A stretch of DNA of 64,000 bases from an uncultured Bacteroidales bacterium (GTDB taxonomy: Bacteria; Bacteroidota; Bacteroidia; Bacteroidales; UBA932), in NCBI GenBank assembly GCA_963931625.1, contig OZ007033.1, positions 524,881 to 588,880 of the forward strand, in the 5' to 3' direction. Made by a program: the position numbers and the translations under genes. Within the stretch, counting starts at the first letter, position 1. Every line of letters starts with the position of its first letter. Below the pieces are notes generated by a model. It ran no database searches, had not been told where the DNA came from, and was given only the letters and a program-made list of their open reading frames with translations. Shown one piece after another: positions 48,690 through 57,760 of this stretch.

Positions 48690-49796
48690 ATGGCAAACTT
48701 CCAGACAGATTCACGCATCGTCCTGACACTTGACGCAGGCGGCACAAACATGGTATTCGGAGCAATGCAGGGGGGCAAATTCATTGTCGACCCCATAACG
48801 CTGCCATCAAATGCAAACAACCTTGACCTTTGTCTCGACACCATGGTCATAGGCTTCAGTTCAGTGATAAACAAGCTGAAAGAACAGCCGGCTGCCATCA
48901 GTTTCGCATTTCCGGGACCGGCAGACTACCCGAACGGCATCATCGGCGGCTACCTTCCAAATTTCCCGTCCTTCCGCGACGGGGTTGCGCTCGGACCGTT
49001 CCTCAATGAAAAATTCGGAATCCCTGTATTCATCAACAATGACGGAGACCTCTTTGCTTACGGGGAAGCCCTCGGCGGCGTTCTTCCGGAAATCAACGCA
49101 AAGCTCGAGGCAGCCGGAAGCGACAAACGCTACCACAATCTGATCGGATACACATTCGGCACCGGACTCGGCATAGGGACAGTGATCAACGGGGAACTCA
49201 ACCGTGGAGACAATTCATGTGTGGAGACCTTCTGTCTGCCACACAGCAAGATCAACGGGGTCATCGTGGAAGACGGTGCCGCCATCCGGGCCGTCAAGAG
49301 GGTATACGGTGAGCTTTCCGACAATCCGGACCACGGTCTCGAACCGAAAGATATCTTTGATGTGGCTGAAGGCACACGCGAAGGCAACAGGGAAGCCGCC
49401 ATCAAAGCCTTCAACGAGATGGGAGAAGTGGCAGGAGAGGCAATGGCCACGGCTGTCACCCTCATCGACGGGCTCATTGTGATCGGAGGCGGCATCATCG
49501 CAGCCAGGAAATACATCATGCCGGGCCTGTTCGGAGCATTGCGAAGCAAGATCAGGACACTTTCAGGAGAAGAGCTCAACCGCGTACAGATGAAGGTGTA
49601 TGATCTGGACAATGAAGCCGAATTTGCAGACTTCGCCCGCGGTGACAGACGCTACATCAAGGTCTATGGCACCGACAGGGAAGTTTCATACGACCCGCAG
49701 AAACGCATTGGAGTAGCCATTTCCAAGATGGGAGCCAGCAAGGCCATCTCAGTCGGGGCATATACCTTCGCCCTTGACCAGCTCGACAGAAAATAG
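48690..49796 (+). CDS. ROK-family sugar kinase (lacks the Cys zinc motif)
   Basis: LDAGGTN, FPGPADY, NNDGDLFAYGEA, TFGTGLG, IGGG; adjacent to manA. Confidence 0.85.
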   Translation: MANFQTDSRIVLTLDAGGTNMVFGAMQGGKFIVDPITLPSNANNLDLCLDTMVIGFSSVINKLKEQPAAISFAFPGPADYPNGIIGGYLPNFPSFRDGVALGPFLNEKFGIPVFINNDGDLFAYGEALGGVLPEINAKLEAAGSDKRYHNLIGYTFGTGLGIGTVINGELNRGDNSCVETFCLPHSKINGVIVEDGAAIRAVKRVYGELSDNPDHGLEPKDIFDVAEGTREGNREAAIKAFNEMGEVAGEAMATAVTLIDGLIVIGGGIIAARKYIMPGLFGALRSKIRTLSGEELNRVQMKVYDLDNEAEFADFARGDRRYIKVYGTDREVSYDPQKRIGVAISKMGASKAISVGAYTFALDQLDRK

Positions 49797-49813
49797 AACA
49801 AAAACACAATATC

Positions 49814-50788
49814 ATGTATCCATTAAAATTCAGACCGATACTGAAATCAATGGTCTGGGGAGGAGAGAAGATCGCCCCGTTCAAGGCCATTTCCACAGAC
49901 CAGCACAATATAGGGGAAAGCTGGGAACTTTCAGGAGTCAAAGGAAATGAATCCGTGGTGGCAAACGGCGAATATGCCGGCAGGACCATCTCCGACCTCA
50001 TAAGGGAATTCAAGGACAGGCTCATCGGGAAGGCCAACTACGAAAGGACCGGAGAGGAGTTCCCGCTCCTTATCAAATTCATCGACGCAAAGCAGGACCT
50101 TTCCATCCAGGTACATCCCGACGATGAACTTGCCGCCAAAAGGCACAACGGCTCAAAGGGCAAAACCGAAATGTGGTATGTGGTCGCCACAGACGAAAAT
50201 GCCCACCTTATGGCAGGACTCAAAAAGGAGATCACCCCGGAAGAATATGTGGAAAGGGTGGAAAACAACACCATCACAGATGTTCTCCAGGACTTCAGCC
50301 TCCAGCCGGGAGATGTGTTCTTCCTCCCTGCCGGCCGCATCCACAGCATAGGAGCCGGCTCATTCATAGCCGAAATCCAGCAGACTTCAGACATCACTTA
50401 CAGGATTTACGATTTCGGAAGGCTCGGACTTGACGGCAAGCCCCGCGAACTGCACACTGACCTCGCCAAGGACGCCATTGACTACAAGGTCTACCCTGAC
50501 TACAGAACCCATTACGAGAAAGGCAAGGACAAGGAAAATGTGCTCGTAGACTGCAGATATTTCACCACCTCCCTCTACGACCTTGACAAGGAATACGACA
50601 TGGACCTGAAAGCCCTTGATTCTTTCCTCATCATGATATGCATCGGCGGCAGCGGCAAGGTTACCGACTCAGAAGGGAACACTGAATCCTTCCGCAAAGG
50701 CGAAACCATCCTCATTCCTGCCTCAACTGACGGCATCAAAGTCGTCCCTGACGGGAACATACAGTTCCTCACCAGCTATGTTAGATAA
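49814..50788 (+). CDS. manA: Mannose-6-phosphate isomerase, class I
   Basis: VWGG, GESWELS, FPLLIKFIDA, LSIQVHP, KTEMWY, HSIGAG, EIQQTSDITYRIYD. Confidence 0.93.
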   Translation: MYPLKFRPILKSMVWGGEKIAPFKAISTDQHNIGESWELSGVKGNESVVANGEYAGRTISDLIREFKDRLIGKANYERTGEEFPLLIKFIDAKQDLSIQVHPDDELAAKRHNGSKGKTEMWYVVATDENAHLMAGLKKEITPEEYVERVENNTITDVLQDFSLQPGDVFFLPAGRIHSIGAGSFIAEIQQTSDITYRIYDFGRLGLDGKPRELHTDLAKDAIDYKVYPDYRTHYEKGKDKENVLVDCRYFTTSLYDLDKEYDMDLKALDSFLIMICIGGSGKVTDSEGNTESFRKGETILIPASTDGIKVVPDGNIQFLTSYVR

Positions 50789-50944
50789 TACAGGCGGGAC
50801 CGCCTTGAAAACATGAAAATCCGACCGGAATGTGAAAATGCAATCCGGACAGAACTTTGAAGAACCCTGTCATTTTCCAGACTTGGAATCCGGCAGGGTC
50901 TTTTCATGCCCTCCGGCGTCCGCAACCATCTTGACTCTGACAAG

Positions 50945-51859
50945 CTAAAGCGAAGCCACCTCCTCCGGAGTCAATCCCGTCACCTCCGAAATCAATTGCC
51001 CTGCCAGTCCCCTGATCTTCATATTCCGGGCAATCTCAGCCTTTGCTTCCGCCTCACCTTCAAATACTCCCCTGTCAAAACCTCTTTCTTCCGCTGAAAG
51101 CTGTATGTTCAGCCAATCCTTGTCAGTAATCATATCCTTTTCATATTTGAATCTCTGCATTTCATCGAATCCAGCTATCTCACATGCCCTGAAAAACCTC
51201 CGGAATTCTTCCGAATCCAGCTCCACGGGAATCTCACGGAACTCATTTCCATGCTTGAGCGCATAACACCACCGGTCCTCAACCGAATGGCAATCCTTCA
51301 ATTCCTTTCCAAACCGGTAAACATCAACGAATGTCAGATTGATAGTTTCACAGTGGATAAGCCCGGTACCCCTGTCCATGACCGTATTTCTTGAAATGAA
51401 CCTGTCAGCCCATCGTTCATCACTTCTGTCAAACATCTCATCCTTTCCGAGTATGCCTATCAGATAAACAGGAGGTATGTCATACTGGCCACCATCCCCT
51501 CGTCTTGCCTGAAGGTCGTATACCTTGGCTGCATAATCCACACATCTTTTGAAGAAATTCCGCTGCCAATAATTCTGAACCTCGATTATATACGTCGTGC
51601 CGTCAAACACATCGGTACAGCACAAATCAAACCTGCCCGTCTTTCCGTCAACCGTCAGTCCCGGAATTTCCGCCGTATTGTAATTCACCCCATGCACTCT
51701 GCGCTCGGCAGGCAGGACTGCATTCAGCAGGTCAAGAAGCACATCAGTATTCCTCTCGCCACCGAAAACCGCCTTGAAACCGGCGTCACTCAAGACACTT
51801 ACATACCTTCCCGCATCGGCATTGCCCTTCCAGGGTCTTCTTTTCTCTGTCTGAACCAT
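50945..51859 (-). CDS. Rpn family recombination-promoting nuclease / PD-(D/E)XK 'putative transposase'
   Basis: SDAGFKAVFG, RFDLCC...IIEVQ (D-ExQ core), FKRCVDYAAKVY, RWCYALK, C-terminal IARNMK..GL...ISEVTGLT.EEV helix-turn-helix tail. -7 box TATCTTTG at 51924-31. Confidence 0.9.
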   Translation of the reverse strand: MVQTEKRRPWKGNADAGRYVSVLSDAGFKAVFGGERNTDVLLDLLNAVLPAERRVHGVNYNTAEIPGLTVDGKTGRFDLCCTDVFDGTTYIIEVQNYWQRNFFKRCVDYAAKVYDLQARRGDGGQYDIPPVYLIGILGKDEMFDRSDERWADRFISRNTVMDRGTGLIHCETINLTFVDVYRFGKELKDCHSVEDRWCYALKHGNEFREIPVELDSEEFRRFFRACEIAGFDEMQRFKYEKDMITDKDWLNIQLSAEERGFDRGVFEGEAEAKAEIARNMKIRGLAGQLISEVTGLTPEEVASL

Positions 51860-51977
51860 ATTACCCTCCTGTTCAGTTCCTGACTAACTTAAATCATCAT
51901 GCAGCATCAAAAATGCCCATATACAAAGATAGGCTATCTCTCATGTCTTTTACAATAGCACTGGAGTCAGGCATGAA

Positions 51978-52070
51978 GGATTTTCTCTTTTTGACATCTG
52001 TTTTTTCTCTTTTTTAACAAATTTTGAATGTCAACAAAAAGAGAAATTTCTTCAAAAAAGAGAAAAATCC
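51978..52070. repeat. Four-box direct/inverted repeat spacer (core TTTCTCTTTTT)
   Basis: GGATTTTCTCTTTTTG (51978-93) versus CAAAAAAGAGAAAAATCC (52053-70) forms the outer inverted repeat; two further copies lie at ~52003-15 and 52035-46. Confidence 0.75.
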
Positions 52071-52162
52071 CACCGCATTTCACCACATATTTTTGCCATT
52101 GACAATACTCCTTCATAGATTTGTCCTGCAAGCGGATCACCGCCGGAAACTATTACAATATC

Positions 52163-52375
52163 ATGAACGAAAATGACTACAGAAACGCCCTTGACTTCGC
52201 CAAGAAGAAAGGCATGCTGGAGGGGCACAAAAAAGGCATGCAACAAGGTGTACGACAAGGCATGCAGAGAGGCATCATGCAGGTGGCAAGGACAATGCTT
52301 TCCTCAGGGATGGATGCAGATTCTGTTGCTGCCCTTACAGGACTCTCAAAGGAACAGATAAAACGGCTCAACTGA
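52163..52375 (+). CDS. Stand-alone Rpn C-terminal-domain (RpnS-like) small protein, 70 aa
   Basis: MNENDYRNALDFAKKKG + G-x3 repeats + VARTMLSSGMDADSVAALTGLSKEQIKRL aligns with the last 62 aa of the neighbouring Rpn. -7 box TATTTTTG at 52088-95 and A at -3. Confidence 0.7.
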   Translation: MNENDYRNALDFAKKKGMLEGHKKGMQQGVRQGMQRGIMQVARTMLSSGMDADSVAALTGLSKEQIKRLN

Positions 52376-52430
52376 ATAAGGTCTGATACAAGCTCAGAAG
52401 GAACGGCCTGAAATTATCTTATGAAAAACG

Positions 52431-52472
52431 GCAGCGGAAGACAAAAGTCTGAGGACTTTTATCTCCCGCTGC
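52431..52472 (-). terminator. Long hairpin terminator between the convergent RpnS-like ORF and the nuclease locus
   Basis: GCAGCGGAAGACAAAAGTC-TGAG-GACTTTTATCTCCCGCTGC (19-bp stem, 17 Watson-Crick pairs); CGTTTTT follows on the minus strand. Confidence 0.75.
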
Positions 52473-52596
52473 AAATTATCATAAAAACGGACCAAGTCCG
52501 AATCATCAAGAATGCCTTGCGCATTCACACATCTTCAATGCAGGAAACAACCCATTCTGTATCAAATCATTGTCACTGACAATGAAACATTTTTTA

Positions 52597-53730
52597 CTAT
52601 TCGTTATATTCAATATCCGTTATATTATTAACTGTAACTTGAATTTTTCCCTGATACAGAGTCAAGATACCGGTAACATTTATCGACTTCTCACCCGCAA
52701 GCACAGCAGGATCAATTTCTGTGTCAGCAAAACGGCAATAACCACTGGTACGGATCTGCACGCAAATGCCTTGGCCGCCCTGCTCAGTAGAAAAATATTG
52801 ACTCACTGAAGCCGGGGCTCTCTCTATGCCATAGTAAGACTGGCCATTAACAGGATTTATCTTGTTTTTATAGTCACCTACTGTACCATAATTATAGTCA
52901 TTGGCATTGCCGATGTTTACATTGTCCCAGATTCCAGATACCAGATACTCATCCATTTTTTCTTCAGACATGGCCCATGTTGTAATTCCGGTATTTTCAC
53001 CTGAAATAAAGATACGGTTCCTGGACGCCTTCTTATCCTGATTGGAATCAAGGTACAACAAGGCGAAAGCCTCATTCAAATCTTTATATTTGTCATCATA
53101 CCAACTATACCAAAGGTTCTTGATAGTAACGAGCTTGCCGAGATATGGACAACTGTCTTCCCCCTGAATATCGCTTGAAACCGGCAGCTCATCTGCCTCC
53201 ACGACCTCAGGCTCCACTTCACCTTCAACCTCACCCTTGAACACATGTGTATCAATCAGCAAGGAAGACTCAAGATATGATGTCTCATATGATCCCGACG
53301 GATCGTGAAAACCTATTTGCACCATACCGTTGCCGGAACCTGACTTGTAACCATACATTCCGAGCTCAAGATCACGACAACTTACATATATGCGCTGTCC
53401 GGGAAGATAGTCATTATACAGACCGTTCTTTCCAAGCTTTATTTCCATTCCTCCAGTATCGTCCTGGATATAAAAACTCTTATAGAAATTCCCGTAACGG
53501 TCAGTGGTGCTCACTATTCCGGAAATCACTATATTCTGGTCTATAGTCCATGGATTACCTATCTCATACATCGCAGCAAGCTCACCTATGGTATGAGTGG
53601 GTGCCATAGTGACAGGAATGTCCACTTCCGGCTCATCATAACCTCCCCATACCGGCTGAAACTCCTCCTTGAGCGACTGACAGGAGTTCAATGTCAGAAA
53701 TGACAAAGCAAATATCAATATCTTTTTCAT
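52597..53730 (-). CDS. DUF5689-like OB-fold surface lipoprotein
   Basis: Lipobox LNSC; ISGIVSTTDRYGNFYKSFYIQDDTGGMEI, CVQIRTSGYCRFAD, NVTGILTLY...Q pattern. Confidence 0.75.
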   Translation of the reverse strand: MKKILIFALSFLTLNSCQSLKEEFQPVWGGYDEPEVDIPVTMAPTHTIGELAAMYEIGNPWTIDQNIVISGIVSTTDRYGNFYKSFYIQDDTGGMEIKLGKNGLYNDYLPGQRIYVSCRDLELGMYGYKSGSGNGMVQIGFHDPSGSYETSYLESSLLIDTHVFKGEVEGEVEPEVVEADELPVSSDIQGEDSCPYLGKLVTIKNLWYSWYDDKYKDLNEAFALLYLDSNQDKKASRNRIFISGENTGITTWAMSEEKMDEYLVSGIWDNVNIGNANDYNYGTVGDYKNKINPVNGQSYYGIERAPASVSQYFSTEQGGQGICVQIRTSGYCRFADTEIDPAVLAGEKSINVTGILTLYQGKIQVTVNNITDIEYNE

Positions 53731-53734
53731 GTCC

Positions 53735-56683
53735 TTAGAATCTGAAATAGATGTTCAACATATAGTTTGCCCCGCACATATAAAAATATTTGGGATCAAA
53801 TCGGTAATATCGGTCCTTCCCATAACTGCTGATGAGCCTTGTCTGTTCATAGCCACCGGTTTTGACATTCTTGTTATTCAAGATATTCTGTACATTAAGA
53901 GAGAACCCTATGTTATATTTCCGTCCGATGTACCAGCTTTTGCCTATACTCAGGTTCAACAGGAATGCCGGATCAAATTTCTCTTGTGCGGCCATATAAT
54001 TGACCTCCTCCGGAGTTACTATGCCGTCACCACCTCCACAGGCAAACTCTGTGCGGTAAAGAGGATTCATATCAAGATATGAATTTGCGAAATACTGGCC
54101 GGTAACTTCAAAGAACCAGTAGTTTATGTTGTAGTTGAGACCGACGGCTGCTGCAAGTTGAGGAGTTGAAGGCACATAATGTTTCTTCTCCCCTTCTACT
54201 ATGTAGTTGCCTTCAGCATCCTGATCATATACTGGAGCCCCATCAATATAGCCGGCAATCTTGTATATAGGCTGACTCTTCCAGTACGGCACATCTTCGT
54301 CACGGATAATTTCAGCGCTGTTATCAACCGTCTGTACCATGTGAGGGTTGCTGGTATAGACATACTCACCCCAGCTTAAAACTCCGCTGATACTTAATCC
54401 TTCAACAAACAGAGGCACCCGTACACCAAGTTCAATACCCATATGCCGCTGGTCTATACCAGTCATCGCAAAATTGGTGAAGGAGTGCTGAGAATCATCA
54501 TAGAAGCTCATCACATCGGTCTGATCATTGATTTTGGTATAGAAACCGGTTACCCGCAGATTATACCCATTGTTGCTATACTGATAACTGATGTCCGATG
54601 AGAATGTCTTGACTGTAGTCAGGTCATCCACCAAAGTATTACGTGTACGCGCAGAGACGAAAGACTGTGAAAATGTCGGAGCATCGTTGAAATATCCGAC
54701 ATTGGCGGAGAGCCTATGACCTCCATTCAATTCATATGCAAGGCTTAACTTGGTTGACCATGTCAAGAACGAAGCCACTTCCGACTTGCCCTTTGATGTA
54801 ACCGGATTGCCGTTCTTGTCATATGTTGTCAAAATGCGCCCGGCATATTCCATCGGCTGACCATTGTCGTCAAGACCGGCAAAAAGCCCTTTACGCATAA
54901 GACCGTCTCTCCAGAATGCGTCATACCCGACACTGGCTGCAAGGCTTGCCGTAAATCCGCCAAGATTATAAGTCCCGTTGGCCCAGACATTGGCGCGACG
55001 GATCTGCGCAAGATAATCATAGCCGTATTTGCCGCCCTGTCCAATACGCTCGGCCTCCCCATGCGCAAGGAAATAATCAAGATCATTCTGTATGAGTGCG
55101 GCATTGGATGCAAAATCACGCTCTGCAAAAGAGTCGATATTCAGATAATACTTACCACCGAGAAGGTCGTTCATAAGCTTGTAGTTCTCAGTTCTGTTAT
55201 ACTTGAACTGCGCACCGGCCTTAAGATTGAAATGATCATCAATATTCCAGTCGATATTGCCGGCAAGATTCACATCGTTCTGATCAACACGTCTCTCCTC
55301 AAGCGCATATTTACTGCGTCCGTCAGGATTGGCATAGTTGACATTGTACAATCTGTCCCAATTCAGATGCTGGTAGTTTGCATATTCCGCGGTATGATGG
55401 GTCCATGCATACTCAGCCCATGCAGCCTTCTCAAAATTCTCTCTGTTGTAATCTTCATCCTCCATGAAAAAATATGAAGGAAGATTCTTATAATAATCAG
55501 GTCGCGGATCCATGGCATCGTACCAATCAAGTGCCGTATAGCCATTGTAACCGGTACGGTACAGCAGAGTCGCCGATGCACTGAAATCCTCGCTCGGAGT
55601 ATAGTCATACTTCAATGTAATCACAGGTTCGAATGTCTTGCGTACCCTGGAATTACGGACTTTACCGTTCTGATAGCCCCAGTTGGAGTTATACATGTTG
55701 TCTCCCATGAGATCATACACCTCCTGAGTTGAAGCATTCTGTGCTCCACGGTTGCCTGGAGCGGCAAATGCAGTAAGCGACAATCTGTGAACATCTCCAA
55801 AACGTTTGCTCACACCTGCATAAAATGCAAAAGAACGGTAATAAACCCCCTCTACCCAATCGTTGCCACCAAGACGAGCAGAAACATTAAAGGCATATGA
55901 CCAGCCGTTATCTAGCTCTCCGGAAGCATAAGTGGCCATAAGCCGCAGACGATAGAGGGCTGAATTGGAGAGAAGCGAAAAACGCCATCCCGGACGCACA
56001 TCATATGGCTGACCGGATATATTTGTCAATCCGTTGTAGCCGCCGAGCCCATATGGCAATGTCTCCATTCCAAGTGTAGCGTCCTTTGACCGCATCGCCT
56101 CATTGAGACCGCTCCAAAGAGAGAATGGAGTATAACCGGTCAACGCATCGTTCATCGGCACACCGGAAAGGTACACATCCTGGGTTTCAGAAGCATATCC
56201 CCTATTTTTAAAACGTATGGCACTGAAACCGAAGCCAACCATATCTGCGTAGACATCATTATTTGCATAAAGAATGGTCGGAGCATCAGAATACCCGGTA
56301 TCGTCAAGATCAAATTCCGAGAAACTCGAAGCATCAAGTTCACTGCTTTTCATTGTCTGTGCAGGACCGAGGGTCACGAACATCAAATCCCGCACAAGTC
56401 CCTGTTCCACTTTCACATTCACACGAGCAGCCGTATAGCCTTCCGCACCGACAGACAGGGTATAATTGCCATCAACCAGTCCGTCAAACAGAAACTTTCC
56501 ATCATGATCAGTAGTCAGGGTGGTTAAAACCTGTCCATCATGTTCCAGTTCAACCGTGGCGCCGGAGATAGGAACTCTTCCGGCACGGTCCACCACTGCA
56601 GCCTCAATTCCTCCGGTAGGAGCCTGTGCTGCTGCAACAAATGACAGCAGTACCGCCATCATTGTCAGTATAGCCTTTTTCAT
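53735..56683 (-). CDS. TonB-dependent receptor with N-terminal carboxypeptidase-regulatory-like domain (non-SusC)
   Basis: Signal peptide, NTE, plug (RFKNRGY...YLSGVPMND), aromatic beta-barrel, terminal YMLNIYFRF. Confidence 0.88.
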   Translation of the reverse strand: MKKAILTMMAVLLSFVAAAQAPTGGIEAAVVDRAGRVPISGATVELEHDGQVLTTLTTDHDGKFLFDGLVDGNYTLSVGAEGYTAARVNVKVEQGLVRDLMFVTLGPAQTMKSSELDASSFSEFDLDDTGYSDAPTILYANNDVYADMVGFGFSAIRFKNRGYASETQDVYLSGVPMNDALTGYTPFSLWSGLNEAMRSKDATLGMETLPYGLGGYNGLTNISGQPYDVRPGWRFSLLSNSALYRLRLMATYASGELDNGWSYAFNVSARLGGNDWVEGVYYRSFAFYAGVSKRFGDVHRLSLTAFAAPGNRGAQNASTQEVYDLMGDNMYNSNWGYQNGKVRNSRVRKTFEPVITLKYDYTPSEDFSASATLLYRTGYNGYTALDWYDAMDPRPDYYKNLPSYFFMEDEDYNRENFEKAAWAEYAWTHHTAEYANYQHLNWDRLYNVNYANPDGRSKYALEERRVDQNDVNLAGNIDWNIDDHFNLKAGAQFKYNRTENYKLMNDLLGGKYYLNIDSFAERDFASNAALIQNDLDYFLAHGEAERIGQGGKYGYDYLAQIRRANVWANGTYNLGGFTASLAASVGYDAFWRDGLMRKGLFAGLDDNGQPMEYAGRILTTYDKNGNPVTSKGKSEVASFLTWSTKLSLAYELNGGHRLSANVGYFNDAPTFSQSFVSARTRNTLVDDLTTVKTFSSDISYQYSNNGYNLRVTGFYTKINDQTDVMSFYDDSQHSFTNFAMTGIDQRHMGIELGVRVPLFVEGLSISGVLSWGEYVYTSNPHMVQTVDNSAEIIRDEDVPYWKSQPIYKIAGYIDGAPVYDQDAEGNYIVEGEKKHYVPSTPQLAAAVGLNYNINYWFFEVTGQYFANSYLDMNPLYRTEFACGGGDGIVTPEEVNYMAAQEKFDPAFLLNLSIGKSWYIGRKYNIGFSLNVQNILNNKNVKTGGYEQTRLISSYGKDRYYRFDPKYFYMCGANYMLNIYFRF

Positions 56684-56684
56684 G

Positions 56685-57746
56685 TTATTTTCCGATTACT
56701 ATATATGTTGGATAATGATCTGAATATCCCCCGATAAATGCCCCGTTGGAAAAGGTACGGAATGGAGTACCCTTGTACTGTCCGCTCTGCTGGGTCATGA
56801 AAGATTTTTTGAATACTCTTCCATAATAGCCTTTCTTATGAATCGGACGTATCTTGAGTCCTCCGTCCGGAGCCTGAGCGAGATTATAGTCCACAAGAAT
56901 GTTATCGTATATGTTCCATACTCCACGATATGCAAGGGAACCATAACCGTCAGCCAGCATATCGATAAACGGTGAATAAAAATCTTCCGGCCCCATTTCA
57001 TCGATTTCGGCTTTGCTATGCATCCATACCACCATACTTTCATCAGTCGGGTTATCATTCATATCCCCCATAACGACAACCTTGATATCCGGATACTCCT
57101 GTTTGAGCTGCTGAACATGATTATAAATGATTTCAGCACCCCGAGGACGCAAATCAGTTCCCTTGCCGCCGATCCGTGAAGGCAGATGAGCAACATAAAC
57201 TGCAATGTCCTCACCATTGATTTGCCCGTGCACCATAAGTATGTCACGGGTTTTGAAGGCTTTCTGTTCCTCTTCATTGAGGGTAAACTCGACTCCGCTG
57301 TCCTCAAAGGTAAATGGGATTGACTCACTGTCAATATAATTGAATTGATCGGGTCTGTAGAGCAAGGCGACATCTACACCTCTTGCATCCGGGCCGTCAT
57401 AATGGACTATCTGGTAATTTGCGGCCACCAGCTCAGGCAGGCTAACAAGATCCTCCAGCACAAGCCTGTTTTCTATCTCACTCACACCAAGAATCGTGTG
57501 ATAGACACCGTTTTCATCACGCATCGCATTGATTACACGAGCGATGTTGTGCAATTTCTTTTCATACTTGGTCTGAGTCCACTTGTTCTTTCCATCCGGA
57601 AGGAACTCCGCGTCATCTTTGACGGGGTCATCATAGATGTCAAAAAGATTCTCGACATTGTAGAACCCGATGACATAGTTCTGCTTCTGGGCAAAAGACT
57701 GTATGCCCGTAAGCAAAAGAATTATCAGCAGAAATATCTTCTTCAT
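56685..57746 (-). CDS. Secreted endonuclease/exonuclease/phosphatase (EEP) family protein
   Basis: Signal peptide; FYNVENLFD, GVSEIEN, DARGVDVAL, AHLPSR, MGDMND, GGYSDHYP. Confidence 0.9.
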   Translation of the reverse strand: MKKIFLLIILLLTGIQSFAQKQNYVIGFYNVENLFDIYDDPVKDDAEFLPDGKNKWTQTKYEKKLHNIARVINAMRDENGVYHTILGVSEIENRLVLEDLVSLPELVAANYQIVHYDGPDARGVDVALLYRPDQFNYIDSESIPFTFEDSGVEFTLNEEEQKAFKTRDILMVHGQINGEDIAVYVAHLPSRIGGKGTDLRPRGAEIIYNHVQQLKQEYPDIKVVVMGDMNDNPTDESMVVWMHSKAEIDEMGPEDFYSPFIDMLADGYGSLAYRGVWNIYDNILVDYNLAQAPDGGLKIRPIHKKGYYGRVFKKSFMTQQSGQYKGTPFRTFSNGAFIGGYSDHYPTYIVIGK

Positions 57747-57760
57747 AAAAAGCTAAATTG

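Noticed and set aside
50858-50905. Imperfect hairpin between the convergent manA and rpn genes
   Set aside because: Probably an ordinary bidirectional terminator, but the stem is mismatched and I cannot support it firmly.
50945-51859. Rpn gene as an active IS element
   Set aside because: No terminal inverted repeats or target-site duplication bracket the gene; the family is a PD-(D/E)XK nuclease, not a DDE or HUH transposase.
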